Shown: positions 52,751-64,000 of the stretch, piece by piece
How the letters are laid out: each line of letters starts with the position of its first letter
How positions within the stretch are numbered: the stretch's first letter is position 1
Assembly (NCBI GenBank): GCA_028534125.1
Contig: CM052817.1
Location: 8,558,001-8,622,000 of the forward strand
Reading direction: 5' to 3'
DNA length: 64,000 nucleotides
Source: Lama glama
Lineage: Eukaryota
Position numbers and translations under genes: made by a program
Notes under the pieces: model-generated
What the model was told of the DNA's origin: nothing
The model's database searches: none
Seen by the model: only the letters and a program-made list of their open reading frames with translations

Positions 52751-53435
52751 TTTCTTATGAAGTCATGGACTGCCCCAACTCCGAGCTTGATGCCACAAAG
52801 TGCTCCAACTGCTTGGAATGCCACCACTTACTTCTTTCCTTCCTGATGAACTCACAGTTTAAGGGTCATTCTCTCTGCATAATTTTCTCTCCCTTCTCCA
52901 GGCAGAGTTAGTCCCTCAGTGTCTCCATGTTTCCATGGCAACTCATGCACACCTTTAGATTGTACTTTTCATTCTGTAGCATATGTGAAGGTGTAACTTT
53001 CTGTCTTTCTCAATCATGAACTCCAGGGCAAGAATAAGGTCTGAGTTTTCCCTTTTGTTCCTCTGGAATAGTTCTTGATACTTGGCAGTGCTCCTTCAAT
53101 GTGCAATAATGAGAAAAGTTGCAGCAAGCATTTGTACTTTGCTGCAGCAGTATGAAGCTTTTAATTCATTTCCTTTGTGTATTGCTCTCTCTGCACAAGA
53201 TACTATTCTCCATTCTTTGAATATGCAGAACTATTATCTTGAAATGTCCAACTGAAGGTCACTTCTTCTGGATAGACTACCTTGAATATAAAAGAAAGAG
53301 GAAATCACTTTTTCCTCTGTGCTCTTGTAGCACTTACCTCATGGAATTGTGTTTGAAATGTATATTTCCCCCGGACTGAGAGCTCCTAGAACCTTGTGTT
53401 ATTCAACTTTGTATCCCAAGCCCTGGCTTGGTACC

Positions 53436-53483
53436 AAGAAAAGAAAAAGGAAAGAAAGGAAGGAAGGAAGAAAGGAAGGAAGA

Positions 53484-53514
<31 letters not shown>

Positions 53515-53598
53515 AGAAAAGGAGGGAGGGAAAAAGGAAGAAAAAATGAAGTAAATAAGCAAAAAGGAAGCAAGTAAGAAAGGGAAAAGGCAAAGGAA
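53436..53598. repeat. (GAAA)n/(GGAA)n polypurine tract
   Basis: ~110 nt of pure purine followed by a purine-rich tail. Confidence 0.9.
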
Positions 53599-53959
53599 CA
53601 AATCAAACAGTTGCATGATACAAAAAAGATGATGTGATAGAAGAAAATTCCAATTAATCAATTCAGTTGTATTATCTGACATGCTAAGAGTTGATTCAGT
53701 GTCTTTTTCTTTATACCCTAGTGTTTGGAAGAAAAATAGGGGATCCTCTAGGCTAACTGATTTTTTAACACAGACTTGAATTATCTAGTTATCAGTTTTA
53801 TGGATTCAGCTAAACTAGAACCCATATTATTCTCTAGGAAGGAAAGAAAAGTTTTAAACTTTAAGATTAAAAAAACCAAAAAGGTAGCTCCCTTAAAGTC
53901 TTACATATGTACTGATCAATATATTTTATAAAGTAAATTGTGCTTGTATATTGTGCATT

Positions 53960-54225
53960 GTATATTCTTGACGCCCTCACTGAAGATCTGTTGACCGTAT
54001 ATGTGTGGATTTGTTTCTGGGCTCTCTCTATTCTGGTCCATTGGTGAATGTGTCTGTTTTATGCCAGTACCATACTGTTTAGATTACTGTAGCTTTGTTA
54101 TACATTTTGAAATCATATTTCCTCCCACTTTGTTCTTATGTTCAAAATTCTTTTGGCTCTCTTGGGTTTTTTGTAGTTCCATATAAAGTTTTTTTCTTTT
54201 TTTCTATTTCTGTAAAAAATACCAC
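53960..54225 (-). mobile_element. Old L1 ORF2 fragment
   Basis: atgtgtggatttgtttctgggctctct...atgccagtaccatactgtttagattactgtagctttg is typical antisense L1 ORF2 sequence. Confidence 0.8.
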
Positions 54226-55799
54226 TAAAGTCATTTAAAAAAAAATTGCTTCGCTTACTTCACCCAATACCTCTGCTTAGTAAGCACAACTCTGACCATT
54301 TTCCTGGTTAAAATAAATGAACTTAGAAAAGCTGAAAATCTTATTCATTGTTATTTGGCTGATAAACAGCATTAGAGCCAAACAAACTCAATTTTATCCC
54401 AAACATATTTTGGGGTTTTTGCCAGTGGTGGTGGTGGTGGTGGGTGTTTCTTATCCTAATATGCTAAACTTGTTTCATTTTAAAGATTCAGAAGGCAAAA
54501 ACTCATTCTAGTTAATAGGTGCCAACTAATTCCAATAGTAATCCTTTGCAAGTCTCTACTTGCTAGAGAGTGTTAACTGTTTAGAAGTAGTCATTTTTAA
54601 CAAGCCCATAACATTGCCATTACATGAATTATACATGGCTTATAAAATGATTATTTAGTCAGTGGAAAATTGAATCTGTCAGTGTTTTCCAAATTGGAGC
54701 TAGGACATTCATCAGAAAAAACTGTTAAATTTTTAATCAACTGTACTGTGGTTGATGTAGCTATCAGCCTAAATTGCTCTTTCTCTGTCATCTCCCTTGT
54801 TGAAGAATATAGTGTAGAATTACCAGCTCTACGAAGCTAATTGATTTTTTTTCTTGCAGAGATTTAAGACACAGTGACATGCCATACAGAATTGAAATAA
54901 AAAAGTTGCATGAGAGTCAAAGACACATGTCACATACACTGAACAGTAATTTAACATTTTAGATTGGTTTTTGTTTCTGTTTTTGTTTTTTACTTTTCTC
55001 CCACTGACCCAGCTCCTCAAATTGGAGTCTACCTTGAACCAACATCACATTCTAAATATTCAGACCCCAAAGGTAAAATTAAAAGATAATATAGTGCATT
55101 AAAAGATAAAAATTGTTATGAAAAAAAGCATAAGAAAAAGGAACTCCCATTTGTATATCAATAACATAACATAATAAAACAGCAGATTCCTCAAATGCAC
55201 AAAAGTATGACTAAAACTCCATACAGATAGATAACTCATGGGACATTTAGCACAGCCATAAAGTGAGTTAGATAGTTTCTCACTTTTTTTTTTAAATAAA
55301 TCTCTCCTTTGTTTTCCAGTGCACAGTAAGTTCCTCTGATAACAATCAAGGGAAATTTTTATATTTTTCTTCAGAGAAATTCATTTATTTATTAGCTGAA
55401 CCTTCCAAAATTGTCTTTGTATCTATTTAAAGAAATACCTTCATAGGTAAACACAAACAAAGAAGGGCCCTGAGAACACTTCTTTGCCTACAATTCTGTG
55501 TCAGAAACACAGCTTGAACCAGTAATCAGAAGAATTCAGTGCCTACCTGTGCCCCGACACAGCACTGTGTATCCCAGGCCCCAGCTGTGTGTTTCTGTAG
55601 TTTCAAGTCCTCTCTGGCTTTCTTAGGCATGACTTGTTGTGGGAAATAACATGTTTATCTAGACTAGTATCTCTCAGAATCAAATATTCACGCAGCTCAC
55701 CTGGCAGTCTTGCTGAAATGCAGATTCTGATTTTGCTCATTCATATAGTGAGGGACACCATAAGAGATAAGAATACACTTGCTCAAGGCCCCTGTTGCC

Positions 55800-57185
55800 T
55801 GTTCCAAACATTTTCAGTCCCACCATAGTCTGGATATAAACATTCACTGTTTCTCTAACATACTCTGTGCTTAGAAACCTCTGTAAATTTGCAATCTCTG
55901 TTCCCCCTAACTAGAATATCCTTCCTCCTTTCCTGCTTGATGAGATCTTGTTTTTCTTTCAACATAGAACTCAAATGAGAAGCATGTTCTGTTCCCTGCC
56001 TGGGCACTCCCCACCCAGGCAGAAGTAACACTCCTTCCACTGACCTGATGTTGCTGTTTTAACAGAGAATAACAAACCTGACTCCGTATTGAATCTATTC
56101 ATTTAGTTCTAACCTTTGTGATCTGTTGCCTATGCTTAGTCATGCTAGCTCTGTACCTTTTGTAAAAGGATGTTGCCTATAGCCTGAAATATACACAACA
56201 GCCCATTCTCAAGGCTCTGACCTTTAAAGGCATAACACGTTTCCATTCATACAGAAATAAACAGAGAATAATATTTGTCTTGTTGGAGGCTTATAGGAAC
56301 ATTGTGACCAGATCTACAAGGACAAAGGATTCCAGCACCAAGAAATTTGCAACAACCAACCATACCCTCTTTCCTTTTAGTATGAATGAAGCCTGAATTC
56401 TAACTCAGGTAAGGCAGTTTTTTAGGACACTTGTCCACCATCTTCTTGGTTCACTGGCCTTCCAAATAAAGTCACTATTCCTTGTCCCAACATCTCATGT
56501 CTCTATTTATTGGCTTGCCATGTAGCCAGCAGTGTTGTCTTGGACTCAATAACACTGTGACAGCATCTTAATGGTTCTTCCTGCTTCTGTTCTCACCAAC
56601 TCCATCCCCCCTTGTAACCAATTCCAAATTCTGAAAATGTAAATCAGAGTGTGAAAATCCCCATGAATGGCCACTTAAACACCTTAGTAAAATTCAATCT
56701 CCCTACCCTGGTCTACAAGCCCGCAAATGACACATCCTTGTTTACCTCTGGGACTCCTTTCCATGCAGAATCTCCTCCCATATAGAGGCTCTGGTTCCGT
56801 CATGCTTCCATCTGGACCTGTAAGAGGGTGAGTTTGTTCCCACTCAACCATGAGCTGTTCCCTCTTCCAGGAATGTTCTTCCCCAGGAGCTTCACTTCCC
56901 TGCCCTCTTCTCATTCTGGCCTCAGCTCACTCCATCAAACCTAAAGTTGAAGTGGCCACAGGGCTCTTTCTGGGTATTGTTCTGTGTTGCTTCCATCACA
57001 ACCTTTATGATTACCTGATGTTTTCTTCTTGGTTTATTGTCTGTCCTCTTCTACCAGACTTACTAGTCCTCTAAGAGAGGGTACTCGGCCTTTTCTATGG
57101 AATGCTGTCTTCCCAGAGTCTAAAGCAATGTTTGATGTTTCAAAGACTTTTAAATAAATATTGCTTGAAACAATAAGTGTTGAAA
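55800..57185 (+). mobile_element. L2 relics flanking the ERV1 LTR
   Basis: Pyrimidine-rich L2 text (tgttccctcttccaggaatgttctt...tttattgtctgtcctcttctaccagac...aaatattgcttgaa). Confidence 0.55.
56058..56554 (+). mobile_element. ERV1-class solo LTR (MER41-related cetartiodactyl type) inserted in L2
   Basis: Termini t(t)taacagag...aataaca, 4-bp TSD ctgt (56054-56057 / 56555-56558), AATAAA at 56465-56470, length ~500 bp. Confidence 0.8.
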
Positions 57186-57217
57186 ATATTCAACAAAATG
57201 AAATCCCCTTTAGAAAA

Positions 57218-57425
57218 ACAGACCTGGGATTGAATGCCAGCCCTGTTATTTATGAGCTACTTACCTCTCCTAAGCCTCACTTTTCTCATCTGTAAAATGG
57301 GAATATTAAGAGTCACACCCCTGGAAGCTGTTGTGGTAAGTAAAATCAGATAATGCACATAACACGTGTAGCACAGCAATGGCATAAGGAGCAAGCTCAG
57401 TCAATGCAATTATGATTTTCATTAC
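57218..57425 (+). mobile_element. MIR
   Basis: cagacctgggattgaat...aagcctcacttttctcatctgtaaaatgggaat. Confidence 0.78.
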
Positions 57426-60120
57426 CATCAACAGTTTTCTTAATTTACACAAAAGGAGCAGGAGGTAGGGGGGCGGACCAAGGAGAGAGTGAAGGCACAT
57501 GCCTTAGAAACAACATGGGAACCGTGGCCTTCTCTCCTAGCTCCAGGAGATATCTCAAGATGGGAAATATTTATTTAGAGAGTCAGCTTGAAAGTTAGTA
57601 ATTATCTGATTAATGATCATCTCACCAAGGGCTTCTGTTCCAGGATGATGGGTTTAAGTGTATCTGGACTCAAGGGGAAGATTCTAACCTGCTGCTATAT
57701 GAATAGTGAAATGTTTAGAACTGGATGTATGGAGCAGGAAGGTAATTATGTGTGCAGAAAACATATGGCAGAGGCTATATTTCTCCTGCTGAAAGAAACA
57801 AGTCCAAATATGTAACGTACACACATTCTCCTTCTTATAAATACACAGATTGGATGATGCTGTGGCAACATTTTGTTAAGTACCAGAATTCCAGAGAAAT
57901 CACTCGAAGCACGTTATCCAAAGAACAGATGGTTGGTGTCCCTCCTGATCTGAAGGTATTTCTGGCTGTCACGTGGTTATTCTATAAATAAATCCCACTG
58001 TGAGGCAGTGGAAGGTAAACAGGGAGAGGCACTCTCCAACTTTACAAAAGAAAGCACTGGGGAAAAATAAGAAAGTCTGGCTATTTTAGAGATGATTCTA
58101 TCACAGAGCCCGAGGGCTGTGGGGCCTTGAGAAAACATCAAGGCCATCTGCTCTTCCTGGGTGAAACCTCACGGAATTAGACTCAGCTGGACTTTGAAGA
58201 CCTGCAGAGGATGCCTCCAAATTTCAATCATGACATGTGTGGTACTGTTCCAAAATGCGGGCCGTGTGGACTTTGCCCACCCAGATCCTATTCTCTCAGC
58301 TTCTTCTCTCCATAGCCCACACCCCCGGGAACTTGTTCCAGGTCAGGTAGCCCAGAGCCAACTCAGTGTTTCTCCTGGTCTTGTTGTGACCTCGGGTCAG
58401 GACCTGTGAAGGGAGGAACTGGTAACCAAATGCTAACAGTCCCTGAGACCATTTGCATTCGACCTGTTTTTTTTTCTTTTTTCCTCTCTGTCTCACAACT
58501 GTATTACAAGACCTGTTTGATTATTTTTATTTTACAGACAAGGCTTTGAAGTCCAAGATATTAACTCTTCAATCAGGTCACAGAGGTAGTAATTATAAAT
58601 AAGATAGAGACTGTGCCCAGGTTGTCTGCCTCCTCGCCACTTCATCAAACCTGTACAACAAGCTTATCTTTTCTTTCCAAATTCCTTATGCTTAGTATCC
58701 CCATGGAAAGTTTCTTCCCAGAACTAAGGGACAAGCATTTATCCTCTAAAGTAGAACACAAAACTCACACATGGGTGGGCAATGCATAGCTGTAGAATAA
58801 GAATCTCTAAGTCCATTCATTCATTTATTCATTTTTTTCCCTTGAACATGATCATGAAAGGGAAGGACCTATTGCTCAAGCCAGAAACCTCTTGTCATTC
58901 TTTAAGTGTCTATTGCTACCTCCATTTAATCCTGATTAGTTACTTGAGCTTTGGAACCATAGTTTCCAGACCTGTAAAACAGAGACATTATGTGCCATAG
59001 CGAGTGGTTGTGACTATGACAGAGTGCTCTCTGTGCAGTGCCTGTGCCTTTAGCTGGTATTAGAACCCTTTCTCTCTGTGAGCAGAACTAAGTAGGTTGG
59101 AGACTACTGTCACATTTACCATAAACCTTCCTTTAGTGTGGAAGAAACATGAATCTACTTTCCAAATTCCTGGGACTGGATCTGTAAGAATTACTTAGAG
59201 TTTAAGCTCTGTTGGTCTAATTCATTGATGTGTGCTCAGAACCAGAGTAAGAGTAGGGCCAGTCCAAAGCCGGTATTTAAAGGGACTTTGTTGAATACAC
59301 ATATTGATAAATGGAACCTGGGAGCAAAATAACTTTTTCTGAAAATTTTCTACTCATTTTAGTTTTTGTAAAATAGACTTGTTCTTCACACATTAATAAT
59401 CACTATTTTTAAAATGACACCTTTATATTGGATTTTTTTCTTGAAGTGGTAATAGTCTCAGCCATTTTTAAAGAAAATGAGTTTTCAAGCTGCTAGGAAA
59501 ATTTACGTTATTCTTCAAATTCTTTGTTTCTGCATTCTAAGAATAACCAAGATTTCCAACTTGAAGACTTCAGTGAAATAATAGCCTTTTATTTTTCTAT
59601 TTAATTTTAGAAATTGATATTTAAGATCATTTTAGAACTTCCATTTTAGGGGCAAAAAACAGTCCTATGTTGTAAATAAAGGTATATTGGAGGCTTTTAA
59701 AAGACTTTTGCATTCCTGTGTCATTTACAATTACTACTTATTTTATGTAGAAAAAACATCCATCAGTTAGGGAAATAGCATTTTGAACAATACAGCTGTA
59801 ATTTCATTGGCAGAGGTAGCCTGTTTGCCAACTTTTTTTTTTCTTCAGCAATCAAATTTCTTTCTGAAATATTAACTGTATCTCTATTTTTCATTTTGTG
59901 AATATTTCTTTGGCTCTGACATTCACATTTCCTCCAGAAATACAGCCATAAGGACTTTGTGGGGAGACAACTATTAGAATGACAGACAATCCCAAGAGAT
60001 GAACAGATGGCAGGGGTCCTGGCTCTGTGCCTACCCTGGGGTCACTGGGGGAACTTGGACCAAGACACTTGATCCCTCTGGGACTCAGGTTCCCCAGATG
60101 TAAATTGTTTAAGTTGGACA

Positions 60121-60187
60121 TTTTTTAAAACATTTTTTTATTGAGTTACAGTCATTTTACAATGTTGTGTCAAATTCCAGTGTAGAG
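60121..60187 (-). mobile_element. Ultra-short (~67 bp) 3' end of the same young L1 family
   Basis: aacattttttattgagttacagtcattttacaatgttgtgtcaaattccagtgtagag matches 26822-26880 and 36603-36660. Confidence 0.85.
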
Positions 60188-60469
60188 AAATAATTCCTAA
60201 ATTCTTCTCTAGCATTCTTAAAAATTCTTCTCTTTTTTCTTATTAAAAATAACATATGTTCATGGTAGAAAAATAAGCTACAGGAAAAAAGCTCTTTTGA
60301 AATTATCATCTTTCTATTTATATCTACTTATGCATATTTGCAAGTGTGTATACACACCCCCAACACACACAGAAGCAAGCATGACTTGCTATAAATAATT
60401 TGGAACCCCTTGGACTAATCAGAATGAACATTACAACCTGTCCTTAGAGCACCTTGCTGCCTTTGTCAT

Positions 60470-63400
60470 TTTTATTTTTATTTTTAGGAAATAATTACAG
60501 ATTCATAGGAAATTACAAAAATAATACAAAGAAGTACCATGTACCCGACCCTTCATTCTATGGCTGAAAGAAATCTGGTTCTTATTGTATACAAGATATA
60601 ATTCTTATAGTCCTATTACACATATAAAGCAGTTTCAAAACTGCTAACCTGTATCCCTATGAGAAACAAATTTACTAACTAAATTACAGTATTTGTGTAG
60701 AGTTCTTATTGTCTTTCACTTTACTAAGTATTTCATCCAAATTTTAGTTTTTCAAAGTTTTTTAGGCTAGTTCTTTGCTTTCTCAAACTCTTCATTTTTT
60801 TTTAATTGTTGTAATGCAATTAAGTTCATTTGGTATTGTTTCTATTCCACTTTGGATTCTTTGCATTCTGGTTGATTTTAATTATTTATTGTGGGTGTTT
60901 GTTACATATTCCTGTGATTCTAAGAGTTGGAGCTATACCAAGAGCTGTCCCCTTCTCCCTATCCCTACTACCTATTTCTGTTCCATGCTGTTGTTCAGCC
61001 TTTTCCTATCTATCCTCTGCATGGAACCAGTCTCTTTAGTTTTTGATTTATCCTTCCTGTATATCTTTTGCAAAATTGTGTTTGTGTGTGTGTATGTGTG
61101 CATTTTCTTATGTCCTCTTTTTTCTTACATAAAGGGTAGCTTACTGTAGACAAACTTTTGTAATTTTCACTTGACGGTATATTCTGAAAATCAAATTTCT
61201 GAAAAGATCTTCCTTTATTTTTGTTATAACTACATATTATTCCAGTGTGTAGATGTATATTTTTTGTCAATAATTCCTCTTTGTAAGTATTTAGGTCATT
61301 TCTAATATTTTGTAATAACAAACAGTGCTGCAGTGAATAACCTTGCACATCTATGTGCTTCATTCTGTCAATTCCTGGGAGTGGAATTGTGGGGTCAAAA
61401 GATGAGTGAATGGTAGTTTTGTTGGGTCTTAATAAACTCCCCTCCAGAAGGGTTGTGTTTGTTTCTGTGTCGGCCAGTAATGTTTGAAGAGAATGTATTA
61501 CCTCACAGGTATGCTAACAGGATATGCTATCCTACTTTATTTGGTAAATAGAACTTACATTTTAGGGTAGTTTTAGGTTCACAGAAAAACTGAGTGGCAA
61601 GTAGAGAGTTTCCATATATTCCCTGCCCCATATATACACAGCCTCCCTCGCTATCAGCATCCTCCACCAGAGTGGTACACTTGCTACAACTAATGAACCT
61701 ACCTTGACACATCGTAATCAACTGAAGTTCATGGTTTTCACTGGAGTTTACCCTTGGTGTTGTGCTTGTATGGGTTTTGACAAATGCTTAATGACATGTA
61801 TCTGCCATTATACTATCACATAGGATAGATTCACAGCCCTATAAATTCTCCACACTCTGCCTATTAATCCCTCCCTCTTCCTTAAACCCTGGAAACCACT
61901 GGTCCTTTTACTGTCTCCATAGTTTGGCCTTTTCCGGAAAGTCATTTAGTTGGAATCACACAGTATGCAGTTTTTTTTTTTTTTCAGATTGGCTTCCTTT
62001 ACTTAGTAATATGTGTTTAATGTTCCTCCACGTGTTTTCATGGCTTGGTAGCTCATTTCTTTTGAGCCCTGAGTAATAGTGCATTGTCTGGATGTGATAC
62101 AGTTTTATTATCCATTCACCTACTAAAGGACATCTTGGTTGCTTCCAAGTTTTGGCAATTATGAATGAAGCTACTATAAACATATGTGTCCAGGTTGTTG
62201 TGTGGATGTTAGTTTTCAATTACTTTGGCTAAATACCAAGGGATGTGATTGCTGAATCGTGTTGAGACTATGTTTAGTTTTGTTAAAAACTGTCTTTCAA
62301 AGTGGTCGTGTTTTTTTGCATTGCTACCAGCAATGAATGAGAGTTCCTATTGCCCCACATCCTCATCTGCAAGCATTTGATGTTGTCAGTGTTTCGGATT
62401 TTAGCCATTTTAGTAGGCGTATAGTGGCATCTCATTGTTGCAATTTGAAATCCCCTAGTAACATATGATGCTGAACATCTTTCATATACTTATTTACCAT
62501 CTCTGTATCTTCTTTGGTACAGTGTCTGTTCAGATCTCTCGCCCATTTTTAAATTGGCCTTTTTTGTTTTCCTATTTAAGAGTTCCTTGTATACTCTTTT
62601 TATATTTCTTATTTAAGAATTCTCTCTTATTTAAGAATCTAAATATAAAAAGTGAAAGCATACAAGTAGTATATGGGTGAGCTCCTCTTTAACTTCGGAA
62701 TAGGAAAGACTTTCTAATTTCTATGTGTAAAGGAAAGACAATCCTTTATCAGATGTCTTTTACAAACACTTTCTCCCAGTCTGTGGCTTGTCTTCTCATT
62801 CTCTTTATAGTGTCTTTCACAGAGCAGACATTTTTAATTTAATAAAGTTCAGCTTATCAATTATTGCTTTCACGGGTCATGCCTTTGATGTTGTATCCAA
62901 AAAGTCATCAGCATATCCAAGGTCGTGTAGACTTTCTCCTATATTATCTTCTAAGAGCCTTACAGTTTTGAATTTTACACTTCTGTTTATGATCTGTTTG
63001 GCGTTAATTTTTGTGAAGGGCATAATGTTTGTGTCTAGATTCATCTTTAGCATGTGGATGTCCAGTTGTCCGAGCACCTTTTGTTTTCCTACTTTTAAAT
63101 CTTTGTCAACCTGAGAGGTGAGAAAGATACCCCAGTGTTGTTGTAACTTGCATTTCTTTAATTATGAGTTAATTTGAATATTTTTATATGTTTGAGGGCT
63201 ATTATATATATATGTTTTTTTGACTTATCTGTTTATATATTTTTTTCTGTATTTCCACCATTTTTTGTCTTGGAAGTTTTAAGAATTCCTTATTTATTAG
63301 GAGTCTTAAACCTTTGTATATGGCACACATTACAAATATTGTCTCACTATTTTTTAGTTCTCTTGATTTTTATGGTGTTTTGTGTCATGAGTTTTTACAA

Positions 63401-63680
63401 ATTTTTCTGTAGTCAGCTTTATCAGTCTTTTCTTTATTGCCTCTACATTTCAAGTCATAATTACCAAGTCTTTTCTACTCTGAAATTAAAGAGGAATTCA
63501 CTCATATAGTACATGTATGGTTTTATATTTTATACTTAAATTTTAAGCCATTTAGTGTTGATTCTTGTGTATAGTGTGAGATATGAATCTAATTTTAACT
63601 TTTTTTTTCAAATGGCTACCCAACTCTCCTAGCACCATTTATTTAAAAATCCATCTTTGTCCAGAATTTATCTTGATCAC
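60470..63680 (-). mobile_element. Ancient L1M/L1ME-type relics hosting the L1MC insertion
   Basis: Degenerate antisense L1 sequence at 60470-61524 and 63096-63680. The consensus-like text continues across the L1MC insertion. Confidence 0.65.
61539..63081 (-). mobile_element. L1MC-like 5'-truncated element nested in an older L1
   Basis: L1MC-type 3'UTR (agttttaggttcacagaaaaactgag...). ORF2 peptides MFIVASFIIAKTWKQPRCP and NLDTNIMPFTKINAK. Degenerate TSD tgctatcctacttt / tgttttcctacttt (61525-61538 / 63082-63095). Confidence 0.82.
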
Positions 63681-64000
63681 TGTGTTTTGGGGCATCTGCT
63701 GTTTGCTACAGTCTTTATTATTAATAAAATGAGATACTAGACTTTTCTTTCGCTAACACTTGAAGAACACTGTTTCAGTATATATGTATTTATATATTTA
63801 TAATTTGATTGCCAGTGAACTGTAGCTTCTCCTTAACATCCACATAAAACAGCAGCTTACCTACTGGGCCAGTTGAAGGGGAATGCTGTCAGACACTGCA
63901 GCTCTCTCTGTAACTCAGCCTGGTACTCTGCAACTGCCAGCTGGAGTGTTGGAGATGGCTTAAACATCCTTCCACAGAACAACCTTTGCTGTTCAAAGTG

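Noticed and set aside
53349..53682. Lys/Arg/Glu-rich and Phe/Ser-rich ORFs
   Set aside because: Translations of the (GAAA)n/(GGAA)n tract.
1..64000. CRISPR arrays, prokaryotic operons, tRNA/rRNA genes, CpG-island promoter
   Set aside because: No regularly spaced repeats, no long coding-dense ORFs, no RNA-gene signatures and no CpG-rich segment; the sequence is typical mammalian non-coding DNA.

Overview
Mammalian (placental) nuclear DNA that looks intronic or intergenic. It is CpG-poor, has no CpG island and is rich in interspersed repeats. I recognised no host protein-coding exon, RNA gene or CRISPR array, and nearly all ORFs in the track are spurious or repeat-derived. Recognisable content: LINE-1 copies of several ages, MaLR (MLT1), ERVL and ERV1 solo LTRs, MIR and L2 relics, Tigger1/MER DNA transposons, microsatellites and two 100-N assembly gaps. 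The youngest L1 3' ends (26.8, 36.6 and 60.1 kb) resemble camelid-type cetartiodactyl L1; this is recognition from memory, not a search. The most interesting object is a ~2.9-kb minus-strand L1 derivative (26803-29820). It keeps the 5'UTR, a full frameshift-free ORF1 (two nonsense codons) and the 3' end, but the inter-ORF spacer is joined directly to the last ~120 codons of ORF2, giving an ORF1-only, half-L1-like architecture. It sits inside the target-site duplication of an older L1, which in turn split a MIR. Repeat subfamily names and the boundaries of old repeats are approximate.
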